This document shows, piece after piece, positions 8,006 through 17,558 of a DNA stretch of 64,000 bases (position 1 is its first letter; each line of letters starts with the position of its first letter). The notes beneath the pieces are model-generated. The model ran no database searches and was not told where the DNA came from. It was given only the letters and a program-made list of their open reading frames with translations. The translations under genes were made by a program, and so were the position numbers. The stretch lies in assembly GCA_041659325.1 (NCBI GenBank), contig JBAZYN010000002.1, positions 64,513-128,512 on the forward strand. The letters run 5' to 3'. The DNA is from Candidatus Shapirobacteria bacterium. Lineage in GTDB: Bacteria; Patescibacteriota; Microgenomatia; UBA12405.

Positions 8006-10453
8006 ATGGAACAACCCAAATTTACTCAACTGGCGGCCGAGACACTGCAGCGGGCAGTGGATGAGGCCAGAGCCAGGAAGAATCCGGAAGTTGATATCCC
8101 CCACCTGAAGTGGGCACTACAAAATATTGACGGACCGGCTAAAGAAATCCTAAAAGAGAGTCAGCCGGAAGATTTGGATCGGTTACCAAAAGTTGAAGGA
8201 GGAAATGAGCCACAAATATCCCGACTGTTGCAACAAAAACTTGGTGAAGCGGTAAGAGAAAGCCAAAAACGGGGCGATAGTTTTGTCAGCCAGGAAATGC
8301 TTTTGTGGGCAGTATTTGAGGATAGTAAAATAAGACAGGAAATAGAAAATTTACGAGGAGGAAAAACAGTGGATTCAGAAAGCAAAGAACAAAGCTATAA
8401 GGCATTGGAAAAATATACGACCGACCTGACGGCGCTGGCTCGAAGTGGAAAATTGGATCCGGTAATTGGGCGAGAAGAAGAAATCAGGCGGGTGATGCAG
8501 GTGCTTTCCAGACGAACGAAAAATAACCCGGTTTTGGTGGGAGATCCGGGGGTGGGAAAGACAGCAATAGTGGAAGGACTGGCAAACCGAATCGTGAGCG
8601 GGGATGTGCCGGAGTCGCTGAAAAACAAAAAAATACTTACCTTGGAGATTTCATCCCTTTTGGCGGGAGCAAAATATCGGGGAGAATTTGAAGAGAGGCT
8701 GAAATCGGTAATTGATGAAGTGGTAAAAAGTGAGGGCAAGGTGGTCTTGTTTATCGACGAACTGCATACGATTGTGGGGGCCGGAGGGGCAGAGGGGTCG
8801 GTAGATGCAAGTAATATGCTAAAGCCGGGACTAGCGAGGGGAACCTTGAGAGTTATCGGGGCAACAACTTTGAATGAATATAGAAAATATATTGAGAAAG
8901 ACTCGGCCCTCGAGCGGAGATTTCAGCCGGTAATGGTGGGTGAGCCAAATGTGGAAAACACGATTTCGATTTTGAGAGGGTTAAAAGAAAAATATGAGAT
9001 ACACCATGGGATCAAAATTACCGATGCAGCGCTGATTGCGGCGGCAAAGCTGTCTGACCGGTATATCCGGGACAGGTTTTTGCCCGACAAGGCAATTGAT
9101 CTGGTAGATGAGTCAGCATCGGCCCTAAGAATTCAAATGGAATCTTCCCCAGTAGAAATAGACAGCCTGGAAAGAAGGGTGCGGCAACTGGAAATTGAAG
9201 CCAAAGCGCTAAAAAAAGAAAAAAGTGAAGAATGTAAACTAAGACTGGATGAAGTGGAGAAGGAAATGGCTGAAGAAAAGGAGAAATTAACAAAACTAAG
9301 ATCTCTTTGGAGCAATCAAAAAGACATTTTGAAAAAAGTACAGGATCAAAAGGAAGAGCAGGACAAACTTAAATCGGACCTGGAACAGGCGGAAAGAAAT
9401 TTGGAGCTTGATAAGGCGGCAGAAATAAAATACGGCCGGATTCCGGAGGTGCAAAAGAAGCTGGCAGAGGCAGAAAAGAAATGGCAGTCTGTCGACAAAG
9501 AGGACCGGCTGGTAAAACAGGAAGTGGATGAGGATGATATTGCCAGAGTGGTATCAAAGTGGACCGGGATACCGGCTTCGAGAATGCTTAAGTCGGAAAC
9601 CGATAAACTGAAAAATCTGGAAAAATTAATCAGGGAGCGGGTAGTTGGCCAGGATGAGGCGGTAGAAGCGGTAGCCAATGCGGTAAGAAGATCGAGGCTA
9701 CATTTGGGAGAAAGTGATAAGCCGACGGCCACCTTTTTGTTTTTGGGCCCGACAGGGGTGGGAAAAACAGAAACAGCCAAGGCGTTGGCTGAACAATTGT
9801 TCAATGACGAAAAAGCACTGGTGCGGATTGATATGTCGGAATACAGCGAAGCACACACGGTGGCAAGGCTGATTGGGTCCCCTCCCGGCTATGTGGGGTA
9901 TGAGGAAGGCGGACAATTAACGGAGGCGGTGAGAAGAAAACCGTACACAGTTGTGCTATTGGATGAGATTGAAAAGGCCAATCCCCAAATATTTAGTATC
10001 TTTTTGCAGGTTTTTGATGACGGAAGGCTGACGGACGGCAAGGGACGGACGGTTGATTTTTCCAATACAGTAATTATCATGACTTCGAATTTACCGGAAG
10101 AGATGGTGGACAAAGTTTTCAGACCTGAGTTTTTGAATAGAATTGACAGAATTATAATCTTTAACAAGCTGTCGGAAAAACAACTGGAATTGATCGTGGA
10201 AATTCAAATTGCCAACCTAATAAAAAGGTTAAAAGAGCAAAATATCGTTTTGACAGTAACAGAAAAGGGCAAAAAATATTTGGCGAAAAATGGGTATGAC
10301 CCGGTTTTTGGGGCCAGACCTTTAAAGAGGTTAATACAAAACGAGTTGGTGGACCCAATCGCCATGCTGTTACTTGACAGCGAAGAGGGAGAAAGCATGG
10401 GGGTGGTGGCCGATGAAAAGGACGGAAAGTTAAGCGTAAAATTGATGGACTAA
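8006..10453 (+). CDS. clpB: ATP-dependent chaperone ClpB
   Basis: 815 aa; two AAA+ modules (GDPGVGKT, GPTGVGKT), long coiled-coil middle domain, ClpB/Hsp104 architecture. Confidence 0.95.
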   Translation: MEQPKFTQLAAETLQRAVDEARARKNPEVDIPHLKWALQNIDGPAKEILKESQPEDLDRLPKVEGGNEPQISRLLQQKLGEAVRESQKRGDSFVSQEMLLWAVFEDSKIRQEIENLRGGKTVDSESKEQSYKALEKYTTDLTALARSGKLDPVIGREEEIRRVMQVLSRRTKNNPVLVGDPGVGKTAIVEGLANRIVSGDVPESLKNKKILTLEISSLLAGAKYRGEFEERLKSVIDEVVKSEGKVVLFIDELHTIVGAGGAEGSVDASNMLKPGLARGTLRVIGATTLNEYRKYIEKDSALERRFQPVMVGEPNVENTISILRGLKEKYEIHHGIKITDAALIAAAKLSDRYIRDRFLPDKAIDLVDESASALRIQMESSPVEIDSLERRVRQLEIEAKALKKEKSEECKLRLDEVEKEMAEEKEKLTKLRSLWSNQKDILKKVQDQKEEQDKLKSDLEQAERNLELDKAAEIKYGRIPEVQKKLAEAEKKWQSVDKEDRLVKQEVDEDDIARVVSKWTGIPASRMLKSETDKLKNLEKLIRERVVGQDEAVEAVANAVRRSRLHLGESDKPTATFLFLGPTGVGKTETAKALAEQLFNDEKALVRIDMSEYSEAHTVARLIGSPPGYVGYEEGGQLTEAVRRKPYTVVLLDEIEKANPQIFSIFLQVFDDGRLTDGKGRTVDFSNTVIIMTSNLPEEMVDKVFRPEFLNRIDRIIIFNKLSEKQLELIVEIQIANLIKRLKEQNIVLTVTEKGKKYLAKNGYDPVFGARPLKRLIQNELVDPIAMLLLDSEEGESMGVVADEKDGKLSVKLMD

Positions 10454-10462
10454 GAGGTGGGG

Positions 10463-10468
10463 TATAAT
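10463..10468 (+). promoter_or_regulatory. -10 box TATAAT immediately upstream of tRNA-Arg
   Basis: GGTATAAT lies 9 nt before the tRNA 5' end. Confidence 0.4.
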
Positions 10469-10476
10469 AGAGCACC

Positions 10477-10550
10477 GTACCCGTAGCTTAACTGGATAGA
10501 GCACTCCCCTCCGAAGGGAGTGATTGGAGGTTCAAATCCTCTCGGGTACA
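10477..10550 (+). tRNA. tRNA-Arg (anticodon CCG)
   Basis: Acceptor GTACCCG/CGGGTAC, anticodon stem CTCCC/GGGAG with loop CTCCGAA, T-arm GGAGG-TTCAAAT-CCTCT, no encoded CCA; paralogous to the tRNA at 383. Confidence 0.8.
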
Positions 10551-10586
10551 CTCAAACAGTATAAAGTCTAAAAGTCTAAAAATATT

Positions 10587-11087
10587 ATGGAAGATCAAAT
10601 AACAATTATTAAAGATAACCTTTATTACGACGAGAGATCGGCGGGGGGCTTGGTCTACAAAATTGAAAACGGAAAGACTCTGTGGCTTTTGATAAAAACC
10701 ATAAGCGGGGCCAAAAAAAACGGGCAAAAAGCAATTCATAAGTTCCCAAAAGGCCATTTGCAGAGAGATGAGTTTTTAAAACAAGCGGCATTAAGAGAGG
10801 TGGAGGAAGAGGGACAGGTTAAGGCGAAAATTGTCTCGAAAATTGGCTCAAATAATTACATAATCTGGGACAAGCTCCGAAAGAAAAAAATTATAAAAAA
10901 GGTAACGTTTTTTTTGATGGAGTACGCGGGGCAAAGCAATCTCAAGCATTACGATACAGAAATGGTGCTGGATCGGGAGTGGCTACAGTATGATGATGCT
11001 TGTGAAAAATTGGCATATGATTCGGAAAAAGTTTTGCTGAAAAGAGCCAGGATAAAACTTGAGGAGTTACAGAAAAAAAGCAGGTGA
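10587..11087 (+). CDS. NUDIX hydrolase
   Basis: Nudix box GHLQRDEFLKQAALREVEEEGQV. Confidence 0.75.
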   Translation: MEDQITIIKDNLYYDERSAGGLVYKIENGKTLWLLIKTISGAKKNGQKAIHKFPKGHLQRDEFLKQAALREVEEEGQVKAKIVSKIGSNNYIIWDKLRKKKIIKKVTFFLMEYAGQSNLKHYDTEMVLDREWLQYDDACEKLAYDSEKVLLKRARIKLEELQKKSR

Positions 11088-11147
11088 GTTTGGGGGCTTT
11101 TCAATGGTATACTATGAAGTATTTTGACCAGTAATCAGGTATAAATC

Positions 11148-11160
11148 AGGAGAGGTCGGA
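11148..11160 (+). repeat. 13-nt direct duplicate (AGGAGAGGTCGGA) of the 5' end of tRNA-Ser(GGA), 89 nt upstream of the gene
   Basis: Exact repeat seen at 11148-11160 and 11238-11250. Confidence 0.6.
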
Positions 11161-11238
11161 CCCTCCTTCGCTCGAACGGAGCTTCGGACGGGCGAAGTAG
11201 TGGTATCCACGCCGCTGGGTCGATAAAATACAAAGTGA

Positions 11239-11326
11239 GGAGAGGTCGGATAGTGGTTCATTCCACAGACCTGGAAAGTCTGCGCTCCAAAAGGGCTCGC
11301 GGGTTCGAATCCCGCCCTCTCCGCCA
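11239..11326 (+). tRNA. tRNA-Ser (anticodon GGA), type II
   Basis: Acceptor GGAGAGG/CCTCTCC, anticodon stem CAGAC/GTCTG with loop CTGGAAA, long variable arm, T-arm GCGGG-TTCGAAT-CCCGC, encoded CCA. Confidence 0.8.
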
Positions 11327-11480
11327 CGTAAAATTTGCTTTGCAAATTAATGTGGCTGAGACGTGAACGTAATATTTTACGAAGTAAAATTAACGTTCTT
11401 ACGTCTCGCCTAATTAACTCAACGCTGCTGGAACGTAAATTTCGAAGAAATTGTACGTTACCGCCAATTTAAAATCGCAT
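11319..11480 (+). repeat. Repeat R copy B, downstream of tRNA-Ser(GGA)
   Basis: CTCCGCCACGTAAAATTTGCTTTGCAAATTAATGTGGCT followed by the palindrome GAGACGTGAACGTAATATTTTACGAAGTAAAATTAACGTTCTTACGTCTC; homologous to 539-700. Confidence 0.7.
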
Positions 11481-11530
11481 TTTACCATCCTGCTTCGACG
11501 GACAAGGTCCGCTAAAAAGGTAAGTAAGCT

Positions 11531-11731
11531 ATGAAATATTCAAGCAAACAGGATTTAGAATCGATAATTGAACGGATATGTGGCGGTAAATGTACTAGAC
11601 AGGATATAAAGTTGATGCTATTTGATATCAGAGAATTTTTAGCCAAAGACAGTCCTCTGGGTGATATTGCCGATTGTATCCATTCAACAAGAAACAGGGA
11701 AATGCTTTATCCAGAATTGGAAGTCATGTAG
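11531..11731 (+). CDS. hypothetical small protein
   Basis: 66-aa ORF. Confidence 0.25.
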   Translation: MKYSSKQDLESIIERICGGKCTRQDIKLMLFDIREFLAKDSPLGDIADCIHSTRNREMLYPELEVM

Positions 11732-11928
11732 ATAATTTTCTCTCTGTAGCAATAAATTCGGGAGTTATTGTAGTTAGACCCATTTACGATCCAATTCAAC
11801 TAATAACAGAACTAACCTTGACTTTAACTAAATTGGGCTTTACATATGATGTGAACATTATTAAATCGTATACTACTACCATCATCGAATTTATTTCCGA
11901 GTTCTTGGATGATACAAAAATAGATTAA
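11674..11928 (+). CDS. hypothetical small protein
   Basis: 84-aa ORF overlapping the previous one; at most one of the two is likely real. Confidence 0.2.
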   Translation: MYPFNKKQGNALSRIGSHVDNFLSVAINSGVIVVRPIYDPIQLITELTLTLTKLGFTYDVNIIKSYTTTIIEFISEFLDDTKID

Positions 11929-12016
11929 AAAATAATAAAGTTTTGGATTTCCAAAGATGAATTGGCAAAATTGAGTGAATTAGATTTTTTTAAAGATTTC
12001 ATTGATATAATAAGTT

Positions 12017-12796
12017 ATGGGAGTAGATGAAGAAGGTTCGGAAGTTTCTGACCCTCTGTTGTTGGTAAGAACAATGGAGGACAGTTGGGTCGACTGCGGA
12101 CGTAAAATCGACGACACGGGGTGGCAGAGAATAACAGAAATGGCACGATTAATTTACGGTGACGCTATGGCCGTTTCTGGAGTTGACACAGAAACTGCAG
12201 AAAGGTATGTTCGCATGGCTTATAGCGATAGAGACGATGTACCCAGCGAATGGTTTGGAAGTGAAGGAACAGATGACGAAAGGGTTGTAGAAGCCCAAGG
12301 AAAAATTATTTTAGCCTGTTTAGAAGAAGGAGGTAGGTATCCCCCCGAAGATAGACGACGTTTAGTACTTCAAAAAATGGCCCAAGATTTGTTTGAAAAT
12401 GATTTATTTTCGATTGGTGTAACCCCAAGTGGTAGTGAATATGTTGTCTCTTCCCCTATAAACCGAAGCGGGTTGACGGGTACGGGCGGAGAAACATGGG
12501 TTATTAGAAATATTGCCGGAAAAAATCATATTACGCCCAGCGCCAGATCAGGCATGATAGGAAGAGCATGTTTCAGCCCGGTGATTGTTGGTATTCCTGG
12601 GGCAGAAAAGAGACGTAATAGAAGTCTCCGAGGTCATTCTCCAGAAGATGTATCTTCGGGGGGGACAGGGCCTGGGATAATAATAAAATACACAGTGTAT
12701 GAACCAGAAAGATTACCCAGTTGTTCGATAGCGGTGGGAACACAAACCGATGAACGGTTAAGTCCTCTTCGATATTCTTTAAGATTCGACCAGTAG
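12017..12796 (+). CDS. hypothetical protein (GC-rich segment)
   Basis: 259-aa ORF in the second GC-elevated segment. Confidence 0.4.
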   Translation: MGVDEEGSEVSDPLLLVRTMEDSWVDCGRKIDDTGWQRITEMARLIYGDAMAVSGVDTETAERYVRMAYSDRDDVPSEWFGSEGTDDERVVEAQGKIILACLEEGGRYPPEDRRRLVLQKMAQDLFENDLFSIGVTPSGSEYVVSSPINRSGLTGTGGETWVIRNIAGKNHITPSARSGMIGRACFSPVIVGIPGAEKRRNRSLRGHSPEDVSSGGTGPGIIIKYTVYEPERLPSCSIAVGTQTDERLSPLRYSLRFDQ

Positions 12797-12854
12797 AAAA
12801 ATTTTCAAACGCACACCGCTTAATTTTTCTAATGTTACAATACCGATATCTACT

Positions 12855-14150
12855 ATGAGTTCTAAAGATCGACTTTTAATTGGGCAAGGTCCCGGACATC
12901 AAGACCAGCTTATCTCTATTACTGACCGACTCAGAGCAAGCATGACTAATGAAGAAGTTGTCTTTAGCCCGGCTTCTCAGGAGGTGATCAATAGTTTTGC
13001 CCAAGCGAATCAACAGCGTTTTCCTTCTATCTTAGATACTTGTATTGAAGCCTATGAGGCGTCTCTGGGAAGCCAACCTCCCGGGCATGAAAAATCCCAT
13101 ATTGTTGAAAATTTGAACCTAGCCCTCCAGATTTTTGGTCAATACCGCACCTCCGGAAATCCACTCACTAAAGTTGAAGAGTTAGAAGTCGCTCTGGCTA
13201 TCATCGGACATGATTTAGGTAGATACGCCGAACCATCTTTACCTAAAATTAACGAGAAGGATTTGGAAATACTCGGACCAATTTTTCTTGGTAGAAAATT
13301 TCTTCGCGACTTAAATATCCCGGATGAACTCGGCAATCGCATTCTTTATGATATAGCCTCTGCCTCAAATCCAAGGACTGAGCACCGCACAGCAAATATT
13401 GTCCATAGGTGTGATCGCATCCAGCTAGGTGGAGCTGTGATGATTCCTCGTCTGGTCGGACTTGGTATTGGTGAACTCGGGCCGGAAGGCTGTGATTTTA
13501 TCGTGCATCCACCAGAAGTGGCCGGGCAATTTCGGGATAATCTGCCTCATATTTACAAAGAGAGAACCTTGGCGTTACTTACTCGGTTGGAATTTTGGAT
13601 GAGAAATGTTTATCCACCTACTCGCCCGGAGGAATCTGTTAACGATGATCGAAGGAAACTAGAGACCGCCGTTCTGTTAATGCTTGGAATGCATGGCATG
13701 GATGATGTGTACAAAGAAGTATTTGCCCCGGAACTTGGCCTTGTTTCCGATCCTAAGCCATTTAAAAGACCTATTGATCCTGAATTATTCAAAGCGGCCA
13801 GGGAAGAACATACCGCCTTTATATCCCAGGTTAATCTTTCTTCTTATAGTGACCAAGGTTCATTAGAACTGGCTACGAGATTAATGGAAACCGAAAATGT
13901 CACTATTTTACCGGATTTCGCTGATCACTTTCGGGAGCGGTTGGAAAAAAGTTCTCCTGAAACTAACCGTAATCGTTGGTTGGTTATGCTTTACTCCCTT
14001 GAGACTCGACACCAAAAAAGGTTGGCTGATATTTCTCGTCTTCAACATAAGGAACAAGGGGGGGCTTTGGACCCTCTCGAGTCTTGGATCAGAGCAGAAC
14101 TCGTCGACCGAGAAGAAAAGTATTCTGCTATTTTCGAACCTTCAACTTAG
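12855..14150 (+). CDS. hypothetical protein, possible HD-domain hydrolase
   Basis: 431 aa; an H...HD...H...D pattern (AIIGHDLGR, HRCDRIQ) is suggestive only. Confidence 0.4.
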   Translation: MSSKDRLLIGQGPGHQDQLISITDRLRASMTNEEVVFSPASQEVINSFAQANQQRFPSILDTCIEAYEASLGSQPPGHEKSHIVENLNLALQIFGQYRTSGNPLTKVEELEVALAIIGHDLGRYAEPSLPKINEKDLEILGPIFLGRKFLRDLNIPDELGNRILYDIASASNPRTEHRTANIVHRCDRIQLGGAVMIPRLVGLGIGELGPEGCDFIVHPPEVAGQFRDNLPHIYKERTLALLTRLEFWMRNVYPPTRPEESVNDDRRKLETAVLLMLGMHGMDDVYKEVFAPELGLVSDPKPFKRPIDPELFKAAREEHTAFISQVNLSSYSDQGSLELATRLMETENVTILPDFADHFRERLEKSSPETNRNRWLVMLYSLETRHQKRLADISRLQHKEQGGALDPLESWIRAELVDREEKYSAIFEPST

Positions 14151-14201
14151 TAGTTGCCAACTATCCAAGGTTGTGAATTTAGGTGCCAAACGGCTTTGAG
14201 T

Positions 14202-14264
14202 CATAAAACAGGTTCTAACTGCGTGGTTCGATAAACTCATCATTATAATCAACAGTTCGCCGCC
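14202..14264 (+). repeat. S-repeat copy 1 (box A CATAAAACAGGTTCTAACTGCGT; degenerate or duplicated box B ...CAGTTCGCCGCC)
   Basis: Member of an 8-copy intergenic repeat family. Confidence 0.7.
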
Positions 14265-14576
14265 AAATTTCTATTTCCCCTTGTTGTTCCGTGTACCATA
14301 GGTTTCATGGTGGCGTATCAATGAATGGCACTCGAAGCTGGTAACAAACTTTCATTGGCTACATCGAGAAAGGTGACCGAAACCCTTCGGCCTAAACAGC
14401 GGCCAAAGTAGCCAAGGTTTTGGTAGTGTCAGAAGAGGAAGTATTTAAGTCGATCATATAGAGGCTCCTAACTATGGGGTATCCTCTACTCAATCGTCGT
14501 GATGTACTTCATTATATTGTTAATTATTCTGTAGTTCCGTATAATCTGATTGCTACCATATAGGGTAGCTTTTTTT

Positions 14577-17558
14577 ATGCCAAAATCATTTGACGATTTA
14601 TTAGATAAAGACCAAATTAAAGAGAGACTGGTAACTGTGGTGGATGCGGAATTGGCTGACAAGATCTCCGAGAAGTTTTGGAGACTGGATTCTTTTGCTA
14701 ACTTGATTTCAATTCCCTTTTTTTTAAACTTTTTGGTTGATTTTCTAAAGGAAACGAGGCTAAAGGGCACATTTAGTAAATATGACTTTTACGGATATCT
14801 ACTTAGAAAAGTGTCTGGTGGCGGTGAATTTTTAGATAAATTAACACAGCTCGCTTTGGTCGTGGAACTGCACCAGGTTAATGAGTTTGACCCGACTGGA
14901 TTTAGTGGAATACTAAACGGCCTTGGAATCAATTCGGAAGATTTAGAGCGGACTGGTTTAATAGAAAAAGACAAAAGGGATGAAAAAGATGTGATCGGTT
15001 TTTGCCACCATACAATTTCCGAATTTTTAGTAGCTAACTTTTTGTTCGGACAGGACGATTTTATCGATAAGTTGGAAAAATTTGCTTTGGTTAAAGATGA
15101 TAAAAATGTATTGGCGATTGCCTTTTCTTGGTATGGGGTAATTAGGTTCTTATTAGACAGCGACAAAAGCATTGAGGTCCGAAATTGGCTGTTAAAACTG
15201 GTGGAGGGCAATAAAGAGTTGGTTGATGATGGTTTTTGTAATGCGATTACTTCTGTTGAATCTAAAGATTTATCCCAAAAAGAGAAAAAATATATTTTTG
15301 ACCTGGTTTATGATACTTATCAGGGTAAAAAGGTATGGTTGCCAATTTGGACCAGAGTCGGGTTGCCTAATTTTTGCGGAAAAGACAGCTATGAGAAGCT
15401 CAAGGTTGATGTTCAAAATGGTAGTGGAACAGAAAGTGATGTCTTGGTGAGAAAAGGAACGGCAGTAGATATAGTTGCCAGATTAATGGAAAGCAATTCC
15501 CCTCTCATCGCCGGTAGTGAAAAAGAATGGTGGAAAGAAAAGTTGGTTGACCTCGCCAACGATGGTAATGACAATGGGGTGGTCCAGAGACACGCTTTGA
15601 CAGCGTTGGCAACTTATCATGACGTGGGTCTCATACCAAGACTGGGGAGATGTCTTAGCCACAAGGATAACCTGGTGAGGGAGGCGTTTATTCAATTTTG
15701 CTCGGAGACTAATCCTAACGATGAGACAACAATCAATCTGTTAGTGAAGGGAATTGTAGAGAAAGGAACGGATATTTACTCGCGACACGGATTTTACCAA
15801 ATTACATCAAAAGAAGGGGTAAAAGTATTTTTAAAACACCTGGTTAATAGTTCTCATTTCCTGAAAAAGTTCCTAGATAAGGAAAGTATTTTTAATAGTA
15901 AAGACAAAAACTCAGATGAGGTTATTGTTAAAAGAATCGAAGAGTTTACAGATACCGAGATTATTGGGCAACTTAAGCAAATTATTAAAAACTCCTTTGA
16001 ACAGGGTGAAATATATGATCAGGGACGGTCATATTTTCTCAAGAGACTAGCTTTAGTTACAGGAATAAATTACCCAGAGTATATTTTTGAACTGATTGAA
16101 AGGATTAGGGAAAGTGACGGGGATAAATGGGGATTAGCATACGATTATAGTGATCTTTTTTCTTGGCTGATAACCACAGAAAATGTAACGGAATTTTATA
16201 AACGGCTTAGTGGTATCAATGAACGTTGTAAAAGGCTCGCAGAAAAGGTGATATATGGCACTAGGTACGGAGACGAGGCTGTCTATAAGACAGCTGTCAA
16301 AAATAGACTGGTAACTAAGATAGAGGACCTTGAGGATCATGTACAGAACCGTGACAGAGATGGAGAAATTCTTAAAGAATTTCGACAGTTTTTGGGGACC
16401 GATAGTGACAAAAAATATTTTCCGTCAGTATTTGAGTATTTTGTCCAAAACCAGAAACTGATCACATCGAAATGGACGAAGCAAGAAAAGGAACGATTAA
16501 AAAAATTGGTAATAAATGAAGGGCTTGAGAAGATTGATCCTAAAAATATTGTAGTAAAAATTCAAAAGAGTGAAGGCGGTAGGGCTAATCAGTACAATAT
16601 TTCAAGAGTGGCGTCATATTTTGGAGACGTGGTAAGGACAGCAATAGTATTAGGATTAAACCTTAATAAATACAGACAAAAGATTATCAACTTTATCCCA
16701 TTTGCCTATTCCGACGATAGGCAGGCAATAAGTGAAGTTGTTGATCAAATAGAAGATAAAGATTTGGCGTGGGTCAACCAAGCCTATGCTGATAAAACTG
16801 GCGATATTAGGTATTTTTTACCGGACTCATATATATATTTAGTTCGAGACTATCGGGAGAAAGGTTGCGAACTTGGTTCAGCAAAAGAGATACTATTGTC
16901 TTTTGCTATAGACGGTGGATTGAGCAACCAGGACAGAAGGTATGCGGTTGAAACACTAGGGGAAATGGTGGACCAAAGTGATTTAGAGATCAAGGATGAA
17001 CTCGAAAAGGATTTAGGGTCAGAAGAAGTTAATAAAGTAGCAATGGATGTATTAATTGCAGTATTTAAAGATGATAGAGCGATAAAAGAAAGAATCGGAC
17101 AGATTAAGGCATGGTCAACAGAAGCAGAAAAATACGCAGTACCAGAATCGGGGGTTTGTCATTCAGTGTCTTCTGTTGAAGAAGAAATGGATGGAATGTC
17201 TTTAGCACAACCACTAATGAAAATGGGTGACGATCGGTACAAAAATGAATTTATCGGTCTTTTAAATTATTCAGTTGAAATATTAAAAGATGATGAGAAA
17301 AAGGAAGTTTTGTGGACCTATGTGAATTACTTATGGAGAACCGTTATTGGATATTTTAACGGATTAGAGAACAAAAACTTTGAGATTATCGGGGAATTGG
17401 AGGACTGGTTAGTCAAAAACAGAGACGTTGATAAGGTTAACTGGTTCGAAGGGAGATTGGTCACACTAAAGCAGTCCTACATAGAAGAAAGTAGTAAAAA
17501 AACCACTAGTAAAGCATTACGAATTATCACAGAAATATATGGCCATATTCATGACTGA
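14577..17558 (+). CDS. large HEAT/ARM-repeat protein with an N-terminal NACHT-like remnant (5'-truncated STAND NTPase?)
   Basis: FCHHTISEFLVANFL resembles the NACHT motif F-x-H-x-S-x-QEFLAA; an upstream PFFLNFL motif resembles the NACHT PLLL motif; there is no Walker A. The frame is closed by TGA at 14547. The ORF-track start is TTG at 14550, with ATG at 14577. Confidence 0.5.
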   Translation: MPKSFDDLLDKDQIKERLVTVVDAELADKISEKFWRLDSFANLISIPFFLNFLVDFLKETRLKGTFSKYDFYGYLLRKVSGGGEFLDKLTQLALVVELHQVNEFDPTGFSGILNGLGINSEDLERTGLIEKDKRDEKDVIGFCHHTISEFLVANFLFGQDDFIDKLEKFALVKDDKNVLAIAFSWYGVIRFLLDSDKSIEVRNWLLKLVEGNKELVDDGFCNAITSVESKDLSQKEKKYIFDLVYDTYQGKKVWLPIWTRVGLPNFCGKDSYEKLKVDVQNGSGTESDVLVRKGTAVDIVARLMESNSPLIAGSEKEWWKEKLVDLANDGNDNGVVQRHALTALATYHDVGLIPRLGRCLSHKDNLVREAFIQFCSETNPNDETTINLLVKGIVEKGTDIYSRHGFYQITSKEGVKVFLKHLVNSSHFLKKFLDKESIFNSKDKNSDEVIVKRIEEFTDTEIIGQLKQIIKNSFEQGEIYDQGRSYFLKRLALVTGINYPEYIFELIERIRESDGDKWGLAYDYSDLFSWLITTENVTEFYKRLSGINERCKRLAEKVIYGTRYGDEAVYKTAVKNRLVTKIEDLEDHVQNRDRDGEILKEFRQFLGTDSDKKYFPSVFEYFVQNQKLITSKWTKQEKERLKKLVINEGLEKIDPKNIVVKIQKSEGGRANQYNISRVASYFGDVVRTAIVLGLNLNKYRQKIINFIPFAYSDDRQAISEVVDQIEDKDLAWVNQAYADKTGDIRYFLPDSYIYLVRDYREKGCELGSAKEILLSFAIDGGLSNQDRRYAVETLGEMVDQSDLEIKDELEKDLGSEEVNKVAMDVLIAVFKDDRAIKERIGQIKAWSTEAEKYAVPESGVCHSVSSVEEEMDGMSLAQPLMKMGDDRYKNEFIGLLNYSVEILKDDEKKEVLWTYVNYLWRTVIGYFNGLENKNFEIIGELEDWLVKNRDVDKVNWFEGRLVTLKQSYIEESSKKTTSKALRIITEIYGHIHD

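Noticed and set aside
8161-10475. Multiple 60-170-aa minus-strand ORFs inside clpB
   Set aside because: They are antisense to a gene with unambiguous AAA+ motifs. They are Ser/Leu-rich, as is typical of antisense translation.
539-11480. Repeat R as attL/attR of an integrated element between the two tRNA-Ser genes
   Set aside because: Both copies are attached to complete tRNA-Ser genes with different anticodons and different bodies. An integrase-generated duplication would leave one intact tRNA and one 3' fragment. The intervening 10.7 kb includes clpB.
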